A DNA stretch of 63,863 nt, the filler included, from Octopus bimaculoides (taxonomy: Eukaryota): NCBI RefSeq assembly GCF_001194135.2. It is 6 parts of 6 records of this genome, joined end to end, with 100 filler letters (N's around TTAATTAATTAA, not from the genome) between each part and the next. Parts side by side here need not be neighbours in the genome. Positions count along the whole stretch, not along the records: positions 1 to 14,233 come from NC_068987.1; positions 14,334 to 42,477 come from NC_068999.1; 4 more parts are not named here. One strand, written 5' to 3'. A program made the translations under genes and the position numbers. Shown here piece after piece: positions 12,307 to 23,764 of the stretch. The notes beneath the pieces are model-generated. The model saw only the letters and a program-made list of their open reading frames with translations. It was not told where the DNA came from and searched no databases. The stretch's first letter is position 1, and each line of letters begins with the position of its first letter.

Positions 12307-14233
12307 CCCCTTACTTGGCAAAGACGAGTTAACTTGTCTTCACCCAATTTGTCTTTTACAGAGTGCGATGAGTAAACTCATCCAAAACATATAATTTCAA
12401 AAACAGCCACAGATGAGTTCATACGTCAATTCTCGTTTTTTTTTTTTTTTTTTAAATACAAATTATGCTCAGATGTTGAGCTCAGAAGATGACAATGAGT
12501 ATGAACCTTCTATTAGAAGCTTGGATACATGAGATGAGAGTGCAAGCTTGTCTGATAATGGCTATTCTCTCTCAAGGGAGGATGAGGAGGATGGACAAAT
12601 TTAGTGTTGATGTGGTGTCAGAAGAAAGCATGCTTCCTCCACCATCATGCTTCTTAGTCACTGGAGATCCTGGAATATCAATTTATCAAGACACAGCTGA
12701 TATGATTCCTTTGGATATTTTGTCTTTTTTGTGACAGCAGAATTATTGATCGCGTTGTGAACGAAACTAATCGCTCTGTTGAACAAACTGGAAAAAGAGA
12801 CTATGTGGTGCCCTGTAACAAAGGCAGAAATTTGCGTGTGTTTCGCCTTGAAAGTACTTGGGGGTGTTGTGAAAATACCAGATCAAGAAATTAACTGGTT
12901 GAAAGATGAACTACTTCAAAGACCAATTTATCAGGAGCAGATCAATTTGAAATGCCATTAAAAGATAAAACAGTATCTTCTTCATTTTGTGAATAATGAA
13001 ACTTTTGATGCAGAAACACATCCCAACCCAAAATTGTATAAAGTTTATGATGTGCTTATGATGTTTAGAGAGAACTTTATAAAGTGTTATACCCCTAAGA
13101 TTTATCTATAGACAAAAGCCTTATGCTGTTCAAGGGAAGGTTAGGATGGGTGCAGTACATACCTCTAAAAAGGAGTGAAGTATTTTTTTTTTTGTGTGTG
13201 AAGCAAAGACTTGATATGTGTTGGCAAAGGAATACAGTTTGATTCAGAATATAGTGAATATCCCATGAGATCTCATGTTGTGTTGTTTCTGATGAAGCAT
13301 TTACTTGGTAAAGGTTACTGTGTTACTGTGGATAACTTTTACACTAGTCTGCAATTAGCTGATACTCTGGTTAATCACTACACTGATATTTACGGAACTC
13401 TCATTTGAATAGAAAGCAAGTGCCTGAACAGATGAAAAGGGCAAAATTGAAAAAAGGGGAAATTGCAGTATTCCAGAGAGGTAAGGTAATGACTCTTCGT
13501 TGGAAGGACAAAAAGGACATTGCAATGCTTTCAACCATTCACAACCCTGCTATGAAGGGCGTTGAGACAAGACAAGGGTCTGTGAAGAAACCAACAGTTG
13601 TATATAATTACAATTTTACAATGGGTGGAGTTGACAAGGTGGACTAACAACCAGTAGATTATCTCATCACAAGGAAACGGGGTAAGAAATATTACAAGAA
13701 AATCTTCCATTTGATGGATCTTGCAATATGGAATTCTTACTGAGGCAAGAAAAGAAGCCCTCACACACCTGAAATTTTGCATACAGATTATACAAGATAT
13801 CATCACAAAATATGGGGCAGATTTACAACCTACTAAAGTAAATAGGGAGACCTTCGACTTCACCAGGATGTTCGTGTTTTACACCAGGACATTTTCCAAT
13901 GGAAGTCCCAGCAAAGCAACAGAAAAGAAGACAAATTCAACAAGAAAATGTGCTTTGTGTTGCCTGAAATGTGACCATAGAGAGAAACCAGTCAGGAAGG
14001 AGTCACAATATATGTGTAAACTCTGTAACGTACCTTTATGTGCACTACCATGCTTTGAAAAATACCATACCAAATAATCATTCATAAAATGCCAGAGAAA
14101 GTAAGATGTATGGGAAGATGAGGTAAAATAAAAGATAAAATAAGTACAGTATTTTATTTACATTTACTTTCAGTATATATATATATATATATATATAAAG
14201 ATTTTTGAGAAGACATGCTAAAAAAATGAGTAA
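12307..14233 (+). mobile_element. piggyBac (PGBD4-like) transposon with a pseudogenised transposase; right end lost in a gap
   Basis: Left end TCAA|CCCC with palindromic subterminal motifs (gacgagttaacttgtc, gatgagtaaactcatc). Transposase pieces GYCVTVDNFYTSLQLADTL, RWKDKKDIAMLSTIH, YNFTMGGVDKVD and a C-terminal cysteine-rich domain CALC..MCKLCNVPLCALPCFEKYH. Confidence 0.9.
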
Positions 14234-14333
14234 NNNNNNNNNNNNNNNNNNNNNNNNNNNNNNNNNNNNNNNNNNNNTTAATTAATTAANNNNNNNNNNN
14301 NNNNNNNNNNNNNNNNNNNNNNNNNNNNNNNNN

Positions 14334-16468
14334 TATATAACGGAACGCTGAACTCCAGACTATCAACTTAAACAACATTTATACAGGTGGTAAATATATA
14401 CATCTTTAGCTCTTGTTGTTACAGCTTCTGTGTGTATGAGCATAGTTGTTGGGACGTTGTTATGTAGATGTAAGCGAGCTGTCGAGCGTAAGTCCGAAAG
14501 ATGGAGAGTGACAGCTAAACACGTCCATGCTCATGGCTGGCCGACCGAGAAAGAGATAGAATAGAAGCGGGAACGTTTGCTTGTTTAATTCCACGCATGC
14601 GTGAGACTACGCATGCGCACGGCGTTACTACAGGGCTCCCTTGCCAGTGCGAAAACGCACGATAATATGAAATCTGTTAGAACGACTGAGGCAGGATGGC
14701 CACTGAAAACCACCCACAAGATGTAGCAAAAAAACACACACAAAGAAAAATTAAAGAAATGAAATGTACACTCGTGTGATACATGCATGCAATGTACAAA
14801 GTGAAGGAATGAAAGAAAAACATGCAATATGGGCAGTAAATGCCACCTAGTAAAAAACAAATGAGACAATGAGAAAACAAATCGTGATGACTACTGTCCA
14901 GGAACTGGAATCACGGAATGTGAAAGTCTGAGTGTTTGTTTTTACTGAAAGGAAAAAAAACGTATGAGTGCACAAGTGTGTGTGAGAAAAAAACACAGAA
15001 CATAGTAAAAGTGTCTGTAGAGAAAAAATCCAGTTCGTACAAGAATCCCACAAGGAGATAGAATGTCCGTACTCAGGAAGTCGTGGTCAGTTGTGACCGG
15101 TTACCTGGTACGGAATATTCTATGAAAGTTACACAAGGAAAATTTGGTCTGTTGATCGTGAGTGGAAACGTCCACTCTAACAGAGTCGACAAAACCGAGT
15201 GTGTTGGTATGGTGTGTCCCTGGTGGTGGGGTTGCTGGCGCACGACATTGTGGTAGACAGTACATTGATGGTGAAGACGTCGGCGCAGGAACTGTAATAT
15301 AGCTGTGTTCTGTATGTGTGGTGGTAATGATCTGTTGAAACTTGGTGACGTCGGGGGGAATGCTTGTAGTTGGTAGTAGTAATTGTTGTNNNNNNNNNNN
15401 NNNNNNNNNNNNNNNNNNNNNNNNNNNNNNNNNNNNNNNNNNNNNNNNNNNNNNNNNNNNNNNNNNNNNNNNNNNNNNNNNNNNNNNNNNNNNNNNNNNN
15501 NNNNNNNNNNNNNNNNNNNNNNNNNNNNNNNNNNNNNNNNNNNNNNNNNNNNNNNNNNNNNGAATGCGACATATAAGAACATAATAAAAAACAGGCCGTC
15601 TATATGTATGTGAGATATCACAGCAGAAAGAAAGTCAGAACACGTGAGAGTTTTATACCAAGTTTTTTTGAGTACACAATTTGAAAGTCGCAGGCTGTAA
15701 TTCTTGTCTGTTTATCGTGAGTGGAAACAGCCACTCTAACAGAGGCGAGATAAAAAACCGCGCTTGTTGATGTTGGTAATACGTAGTAAGTCGTGTTGAC
15801 TATGGTTGGAGATGTTGGTGGCGTAGTAATCGTAGAATCGTGTTGGTCATGACGATGATGCTGGTTAGTAGTTCAGTCTCCATGGCCGCATTTGTTCTTT
15901 AGTCCGGTTCACCAGTTATAAGTTGGTAGTCCAGAGTCTATGCTGCGTTTTTCTTCGTCGGAGTCACCACTTTATAGAAAGTGGGTTATTGCAGCTCAGC
16001 GGGCTGCGTGTTCGAATCACGTCGGGGTCACCAGTATAGGAAAGTTGGTTATACATCATTAGATGTACACCTGACTTTCCTATATAAAATTGGTTATATA
16101 ACGGAACGCTGAACTCCAGACTATCAACTTAAACAACATTTATACAGGTGGTAAATATATACAACTTTAGCTCTTGTTGTTACAGCTTCTGTGTGTATGA
16201 GCATAGTTGTTGGGACGTTGTTATGTAGATGTAAGCGAGCTGTCGAGCGTAAGTCCGAAAGATGGAGAGTGACAGCTAAACACGTCCATGCTCTATTGCT
16301 GGGCAGCAAGAAAGAGACTGTCTCCAGAGTTGGAAATGTTGGAGACACTGCTTGACACGTCCATGCTCATGGCCGGCCGACCGAGAAAGAGATAGAATAG
16401 AAGCGGGAACGTTTGCTTGTTTAATTCCACGCATGCGTGAGACTACGCATGCGCACGGTGTTACTACA
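14334..16468 (-). mobile_element. Small, apparently non-autonomous LTR retrotransposon with a tRNA-Trp PBS (CsRn1-like priming)
   Basis: Near-identical direct repeats at 14334-14632 and ~16091-16468, starting TGTAGTAAC on the minus strand. PBS TGGTGACCCCGACGTGAT at 16033-16016. Purine-rich GGCAAGGGAG just before the 3' LTR. No gag or pol is visible, but a gap lies at 15390-15561. Confidence 0.82.
16002..16033 (-). other. Primer-binding site complementary to the mature tRNA-Trp(CCA) 3' end
   Basis: Plus strand GGCTGCGTGTTCGAATCACGTCGGGGTCACCA equals the recalled 3' end of metazoan tRNA-Trp, including CCA. Confidence 0.88.
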
Positions 16469-16800
16469 ACTCTAAGACCCTTTGATTCTAATCCTTGCTT
16501 CCACACCTGAAATTTCTCCTCTAGTTCTGATAGTGACTCAGCAATTAGAGCAAGGTCATCAGCATAGAGGATCTCCCAGGGCATCCNNNNNNNNNNGATA
16601 GTGACTCAGCAATTAGAGCAAGGTCATCAGCATAGAGGATCTCCCAGGGCATCCTGTCTTGAATTCCTCTGTTATTGCCTGGAGGACTATGATAAATAGG
16701 GTGGGGCTGAGGACTGAACCTTGGTGGACCCCTACCTCTACCTGCAATTCTTCACTGTACTCGTCGCCAACCCTCATCTTACTGTGATGGTAGACCTGAA
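16469..16800 (-). mobile_element. RTE-clade LINE reverse-transcriptase fragment
   Basis: KMRVGDEYSEELQVEVGVHQGSVLSPTLFIIVLQAITEEF and ILYADDLALIAESLSELEEKFQVWKQGLESKGLRV; cut by the LTR element. Confidence 0.88.
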
Positions 16801-18480
16801 GGTGCAAGGCTGTTGAGGAATTCACAGGGTAATGAACAGCATCATTGGTGTGGAGCACAGTATCAATTGACTTGTATGTGCGACGATTGCCAGGCAGTTG
16901 TTCCGGAAGGTAATTGTTTACACCATCGACTGCGACATTTTTTGGTGCCAGAATTGCACATTTTCTCAGGCTACAATGGCCTGTGAATTGTATGTTCAGT
17001 TGGGGGAAAACTCTTGCCAAAAGTTTGGGTATATTTGACATCAAATTGCCAAAGGGTAAACTAATCTTCCCCTTCTGATCAACAATTACAGCACCATTTC
17101 CAATATCCATTAATTGCCTGCAGAAGTTCTCCATGTGCACATCACCACCTAACTGCACTATCATGTGTGAAACTCGTGCGAGTTTCAACTTTCTAACCTT
17201 GCTCCAAAGGTATGAAGATTTGATGCTCGCATACTTCATCTGCTCTCGTCCACTTTGGAATGACTGGGAGTGTTTGTCGAAAGTTGCCTGCAAGGAGTAC
17301 TGTTAGGCTGCCCATTAGCCTGGAGTTGCACCTCATATCTTGAAGTAATCTGTCAAGACCCTCAAAAACCCCCTTATAACTCATTGTCGCTTTGTCCCAA
17401 ATGATCAATTTGCACTCAGTGGACGACTTTGAGATCAGGCACCTCGTCCATCCTCTCCAGAGCGCATTTCAAGCTATTCACATAGGTATGAGTTGAATGA
17501 AGCATTGTCTGGCCCATTGTCTGTCACCTCCCATAAAATACACCAGGACAAATTTCGACTCTGCATCTGGTAATGGTCATAGCCCCCCCCCCACTCGAAT
17601 TTGAAAGTTGAAAATTGACTTTGTCGGGTGAACTGTTCCTCTGCACCGAATGATGTCATCATGAAGGATGCATTGTATTTCCATATTTTATGGCAGAAAT
17701 TGATACCATTGGGAGTGTTTTGTAGAAGAAGCTGCAGTAATACGTCTGGTGGATCTTGCAGTCTGTCCAGCCTCACACTGCCTTTGAATCAGCACGTAGG
17801 AGTCTCATTTGGCCATTTTAGAGCCTTGCAATAAGAACAAACAGTATTCATTTTGCCAATAGTCACTTGACGATTCATTGTGGGAATAATAAAGTTCACA
17901 CTCACTGATGGTCGCTTTCAGAGGTCCTATTATCGATTTTTTTCAACAATCTAAGTATGTCACGAGGTTTTCAGACATGAGTGCTACTCACGTGTCAAAT
18001 AAAGTATAAAAGTAATATTGTCTGCAAAAATTAGAAATTGAACACACCAAAAAAATCAATATTCAAAGTAAACGAACATAAAGAACGAAATGGGTTATTT
18101 CCCCCTTGAGTATTTACAAAAAATATTATGCAGATGCTATGGGTTATTTCCCTTGGGTGTTTTAAAAAAATTGGTTATAAGCGGTAGATAAAAAAGTCCC
18201 TACCAGGGGCCATATTGATTTTTTCAACAATCTAAGTATGTCACGAGGTTTCCAGACATGAGTTCTACTCACGTGTCAAGTTTCATCAAATCAATAAAAC
18301 GACGTAGGAGGAGTTAGTTAAAAACGCCACAAACACACACCGATTTTCCACATATGTATACATAAAATATACTTTATTTAAATAAAAAAGTTTCCTTAGT
18401 TAAAAACGCCACAAACACACACCGATTTTCCACATATATATACATAAAATATACTTTATTTAAATAAAAAAGTTTCCTCA
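16801..18480 (-). mobile_element. Internally deleted Helitron (Rep N-terminus joined to a PIF1 helicase fragment)
   Basis: KYNASFMMTSFGAEE..FSTFK (Rep N-terminal), IIWDKATMSYKGVFEGLDRLLQDMR..LLAGNFRQTLPVIP and EFLNSLAPSGLP (helicase). Duplicated 5'-terminal region similar to 41380-41536. Confidence 0.85.
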
Positions 18481-18895
18481 AAATTAAACCTATTTATAGA
18501 AGACACACAAACATGTGCACACATATATACATACAATTCACCCACATACATACTCACACAAACACAAATATTTTACCCAAACATCCCCATAAACACTTCC
18601 AAACATTCACATACAAACATGCATATTGACCCTTACACTATAAAATACAATAAGTTTCTTCAAACTCAGTGGCTGCCCAAGCAGTTTTGAATGAATTGGT
18701 TTAGTTTTTGATATCTTCTGTTGCTAATGTGTAGAAAGCATGTTTTTTTCCTTTTTTTGAAAGACCATGTAAATTTTTTGAAAAGACTTCAGAGAAGCCA
18801 TCTTGAGCATGGGGCCCAATTAGGAGCGATCGGTACAATTGGCTCAACGCTAGCCCTGCATATGTGTGTGTGTGTGAGTGCGTGTGTGTGTGTGA

Positions 18896-18927
<32 letters not shown>

Positions 18928-19475
18928 TCATGCATGTGCATGCACACAAACTCCCACATGCACACATATATAGGTGGTGAATTAGTGGAATTGTCAGAAT
19001 ACTGGATAGAGCTGCATTGTAGTATCTGTTTGCTTCTCTGCTTTCTGAAAGTAATATCTGTGATGACACTGATACTAACCTGTACTGGCTTTGCTTTTAC
19101 CTTGAATAACACTAGTGATATGGAGAGATGGAAGGATAGTATGCATAGTTAACTGCTGGTCTTCCGTAAAAAAGAATCTTGCTAAAATCTGTATGTTAAG
19201 ATACGGATACATGGTCCACCTTGATTGATGTGTGTGTGTGTGTGTGTGTGTGCATGTGTATGTATGTATGTAACATGTATGCCTATAAAGACAGGCACAA
19301 ATACACATGTATATTAGAAAGAAAAGATTACAGATCAAAGAGTACTCAAGATGGACATGTAGAGTGGAATGATTTTTATTCAAAGCCCTGTCTTCATATG
19401 TTGGAGCTCTGAGTCTCATGTTGCAACTGAAGTCATTCAATAATAGCTATCTAAAGCTTGGTGTAGCAGCTTGTG

Positions 19476-19517
<42 letters not shown>

Positions 19518-22500
19518 AAATATACATATGTACCGACATACAAAAGTACATATGCATTTATAACATAAATGCATATTCAAATATAAGCATTGAAAGTAGA
19601 TGTAAAATGATGATGGTAATGATGGGGATTTCCATGCTGGCATGGGTTGGATGGGTGCTTAGTTTGAGTCAATTTATTGTCTTACATCTTTGATTGTAAA
19701 ACTGCATTGAAAATTATGAATCCTCATTTTCATTGTAAAAGCATTTTTATTATGACATTTAAATTCCTGCTGGCTCCTTGATCATTGTTTCAAGCATGCA
19801 TACATTTTCTGGGATCAAATACTTATTTTAATTCATAAGTTCGGACTCTGTATTTGTGAAGAAGCAGCAAGTATTATGTGTTCACAGGCTTGCTTCTTTA
19901 ATTTCTTTACGATTTTATTCCACCAGTTCTGATGAAGTGATAGAATAAAATCTTAAAGAAACCAATCACAAAATATATCTTTATCCATTTAAGTACTATA
20001 TTGGGTGTTATAGATCACAGGCAAGTGCACAATTCAGTTAAAAGCTCATGGTATTTGCTAATCACAAAAGGTTTAATTTTATGCTAACCTGAAGAATTGG
20101 CATATGTAAGAATGGTTAAGCTTTCCTTATTAAACCTAAGGCCTGTTGCTTTTCATTTTTGCTTCTCTGCCAATGTAACTGCAGGCAAACACTGTCAGTA
20201 TATTTAATCAGCAGTAAGGTCATTGACAATTACAATTGCTGCAGCTTGTGTCTTAGCTGACTGTATTCAATTGTATGATGAGTCTTGAAATTTCTAAGTA
20301 ACCATGACTAAATAGACACTTTGATATGGTGTCCATTTATTCCATGAAAGACTTTGCCTTGGCAACAAACACTGCCCCAGAAATTGCCATAACTTCTGAT
20401 CATTTTAATAAAAACCATTTATGCGACACTAAGATTTTCTAATTCTGGCAATTATTTTGTAAGTCCCAGATGAGGCTGTGAATTCTAAAATTTATTCTTT
20501 GCTTTATTATATTGTAAATTGTAGAGCTCGTCATGCTGTATGTTTCCATCAGAACAGTATTCTTCACATGTTCTAGTTTTCTGATTGTTCATAGTTTGCC
20601 ATTCAACTGCAATGTGTTCTTTCTCTTTACACAACAAAATTTATCCATTTTAGGTACTATTATTATGAGGTTTTAAATACATGTACAGCAGATGGTAAGT
20701 GGAAAGAGAAGTTGATGCAGGCTTAACATATACAGTGCAACTGTTATAGGTGTTGATTTATCGATGGATGCCCTCTCAATTTACCTCCCCCCCAACCTCA
20801 TACACTAACACACAGGACACATATACTGCATCTACATATATACACACAGATGCATGCAAATACACATACATATACACAGACATTCAGAGACGCATTTATA
20901 TATGCATACTTACAAACACATACATATGCATACATACACACAACATTAACGTCCATGTTCCATACTGGCATATATGTTTGTGAGAGCTTGACAGGCATCA
21001 TCACCCAGCTGGTAGTGCTACTTCAGGCTGATGACGAGCAAAGACTTAGAAACATATCCCTGAATGCAGGCAAGGCTGGGTGGAGGTGCTTGTCTCCCCC
21101 TCATAAACATAAGGACACAGGAAATGTGTCAAGGCTGATAGGAAGCGGTCCAGCTTCCTAGGGCTAAATAGCAGCAGTATGATTCCCTTATTGGGACTGT
21201 CACGTTAAGTTGACAGTATACAACTGCTTTAACATATAATGTCATTCAGGAAAAAGACTGTTCCAGAATAAATACAGAGATTCCCCTTGTTAGTGAATAC
21301 ATACACAAGATCAACACAAAGAAAGAATGGTGGAATATTCCCATCAAAACATCTGTCATGTAGCTCCTTCTTCAGAAGAATTTAAATAATTAATAACAGA
21401 AGAGAACATACATACATGCATGCATACATGCACACACACATACATACATAGACACATACATACATACATGCATACATAGATTTACATACACAAATGCATT
21501 CTTACACACAAACATACATGCAATCATACAAACAATGCATACATATACACATACATCCATATGCATTCACATGCATACACATTATTCTTTACCATACCAC
21601 ATTAGTATAATATTAATCTAGAGTGTATTTATAGCACCGTTATAATTTGCTAATGTACCACTGTGCAATCAAATGAATGAAACAAGGAATTTAAGGAAAT
21701 ATCATGCCATTTTAGTCAAACAATGATACATTTCCAAGAATGCACAATTTATACATTTGCAGTATTGGAAAATAAATAAATAATTAAACAAATAAAAAAA
21801 AACATAACTTTCTGATGGACGTATTTTTTGTCCTTGATATTTTGTCTATCATAGAGAATTCCTTCCTAAACAGCAAGTAGTGATTAATAATTAAGTTTTA
21901 ATACCAAGAAATGGAATGCTATGTGCATTTTTTCTGCAGTAAAAAACTTTGAATATGATTTGGCAACTGTTTGTTCTAATCTCTATGGATGATTTAGCAT
22001 TATGAATGTAAAGATTCTTTAGATTAAACAAACCTGAAATATTAAGAGAAATTGGAAATTTACAGTAGTTTTCAGGAATGTAGAATATTTAAATATTATC
22101 ATTGATGTGTCCTATAGATTGGTTTCTAGTGAAGCCTCTGTTATATTTATCATAAATATTTGTCTGTATTTAGTGGGTTCTTTCGTTTTTGTTGCTAACA
22201 AAATAGTTTTAATAATTCACCACTACCACCTCCTCTAAACCAGCTGGCTATCCCTGTTGTAATGAACATGATGTAGAAAAAGGTAGTATAGTAGCAGTAT
22301 AGTAGCAGTAATAATAGTATATTATAGGATAATGTAATAGGATGTACTTTCTAGGTATGGTAATAAATAATACATTTCAGCCTATTGAAATCACAATTTA
22401 GAGATGGTTATAGTAGTGATGGTAAAGATGGTGGTGTAATGGAGATAGTAGCAGTAGTGGTAGTAGTAATGGCAGTGGTGGTATATAGAGTAACTGCTAG

Positions 22501-22717
22501 TCTTTTTAGTGTTGTGATCTGTAATATTAGTATTAACAGTATTATTACCGGTACTGGGATAAGAAATAAAAAGATTGATTTAGTAAGACATAGAGACAGA
22601 ATAGTTTCATAGCTTCAATACCAGGTGGGGGAAAGATATATGTAGCCTCATAACCAGAAAGGGAGACAAATATAAGTTCAATATCAAGTAGAGGTGATAG
22701 AGGTTCAATAGTAGATA

Positions 22718-22753
<36 letters not shown>

Positions 22754-23028
22754 TTTATTTAAAAGCAGCAGAAATATAACAAAAGACTGTTACTCTGAGT
22801 TTCACGTTCCCGTTCATCGAACAGTTTTGTTAGAAATGGGAAAGGAATAACAATGCATTGTTATTCCTTTCCCATTTCTAACAAAACTGTCCGATGAACG
22901 GGAATGTGAAACTCAGAGTAACAGTCTTTTGTTATATTTTTGCTGCTTTTAAATAAAACATATTACTCTACCTCTGGTATTTGAGTACTCTTTTTTCCAC
23001 CTTGTTGCACATTTCATGTGCTTACACC

Positions 23029-23030
<2 letters not shown>
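22754..23030 (+). mobile_element. Penelope-like pLTR remnant with an inverted copy, inserted in (TA)n
   Basis: 204-bp palindrome (22754-22957) plus a tail shared with 36246-36470. Contains hammerhead motifs and is flanked by TA microsatellites. Confidence 0.7.
22886..22925 (+). ncRNA. Minimal type I hammerhead ribozyme motif
   Basis: ACTGT-CCGATGA-ACG GGAA TGT-GAAA-CTC A GAG-TA-ACAGT. Stems I, II and III all pair; predicted GUA cleavage after 22920. The core has C instead of U at position 4. Confidence 0.7.
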
Positions 23031-23065
<35 letters not shown>

Positions 23066-23074
23066 AAACATATA

Positions 23075-23580
23075 CTAGCAGAGGTACCCAACATAGCCCA
23101 GTATAACTCTCAATGTAGTAGTTATTGGAATGAACTGAAACACTCCGTCAAGCATGACTATAGAAGTAACAGTTTACCGGTGTTTGCCCTAAAGAGGGCC
23201 TTTGAACGTTCACTATGAAATATCTCTGTGGAGATGCTGCCAGCAAAGATGAATCCGATGGTAACAATTTTATCTTGGTGGCCCTGAAGAGAGCCTTGGA
23301 TCATTCACTCTTAAAAGTCTCAATGGTGGTGCTGCCAGCAAAGACGAATCCAGTAATAACAATTTATAGTTGGTGGCCCTGAAGAGCATCTTTTAATGTT
23401 CACTTTGAATTATCTCAGCAGTGGTGCTTCCAGCAAAGATGAATCAGATTGTAACAATTTAAACTTGGTGGCCCTGAAGAGGCCCTGGATCGTTCACTCT
23501 TAAAAGTCCCAGCGGTAGACCTGTCAGCAAAGATGACTCCTATTAGAGGTGGTGGCCCTTAAGAAGTCCTTCACATCACT
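23075..23580 (-). mobile_element. Helitron-like 3' end carrying a 95-bp tandem array
   Basis: Minus strand ends ...GGGTACCTCTGCTAG^T (CTAG 23075-23078) after a decayed hairpin. Array units start at 23186, 23281, 23376, 23471 and 23555. Confidence 0.5.
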
Positions 23581-23764
23581 TTGGTGTGTCATATTTGCTT
23601 TGCTTGTTATTTGAGATTGTAACCAAGAAAAACATGTAAAAGTCAGTGGCCACAAAAACGGCCTTGGCAAAACCATGCTGGAATATCAGAAAGATGTGTA
23701 AATAAGATGTAGGGAAAAGTAGATTAATTAAGATAAGACTACAGAACATTGATAGAAAAGTGCG

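Noticed and set aside
14234-14333. TTAATTAATTAA island between N runs (also at 42522, 53929, 61077 and 62420)
   Set aside because: At 14234-14333 it is 44 N + 12 bp + 44 N = 100 bp, and the other sites look the same. The 12-mer has stops in all six frames. It is an artificial scaffolding spacer, not a piggyBac TTAA site or a biological repeat.
16002-16033. tRNA-Trp gene
   Set aside because: Only the 3' part is present, it includes encoded CCA, and it sits next to an LTR, so it is a primer site.
16529-16654. 58-bp direct repeat around a 10-N gap, appearing to duplicate YADD
   Set aside because: Identical sequence on both sides of a gap indicates an unmerged contig overlap.
16613-17293. 226-aa ORF, the longest gap-free ORF in the track
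   Set aside because: A chance read-through of frameshifted Helitron helicase into RTE RT; not a gene.
19081-19187. Possible minus-strand exon with a CAG|gttagt donor
   Set aside because: The only open frame is phase 1-1, incompatible with exon 10419, and there is no other support.
20985-21200. RKLDRFLS-like peptide suggesting a CR1/L2 LINE end
   Set aside because: Too short and degraded to assign without a search; the same applies to 2280-2760 and 10700-11050.
23186-23580. CTGAAGA in each tandem unit, suggesting a hammerhead array or CRISPR-like array
   Set aside because: No paired stem II followed by GAAA, no unique spacers, and a eukaryotic context with no cas genes.
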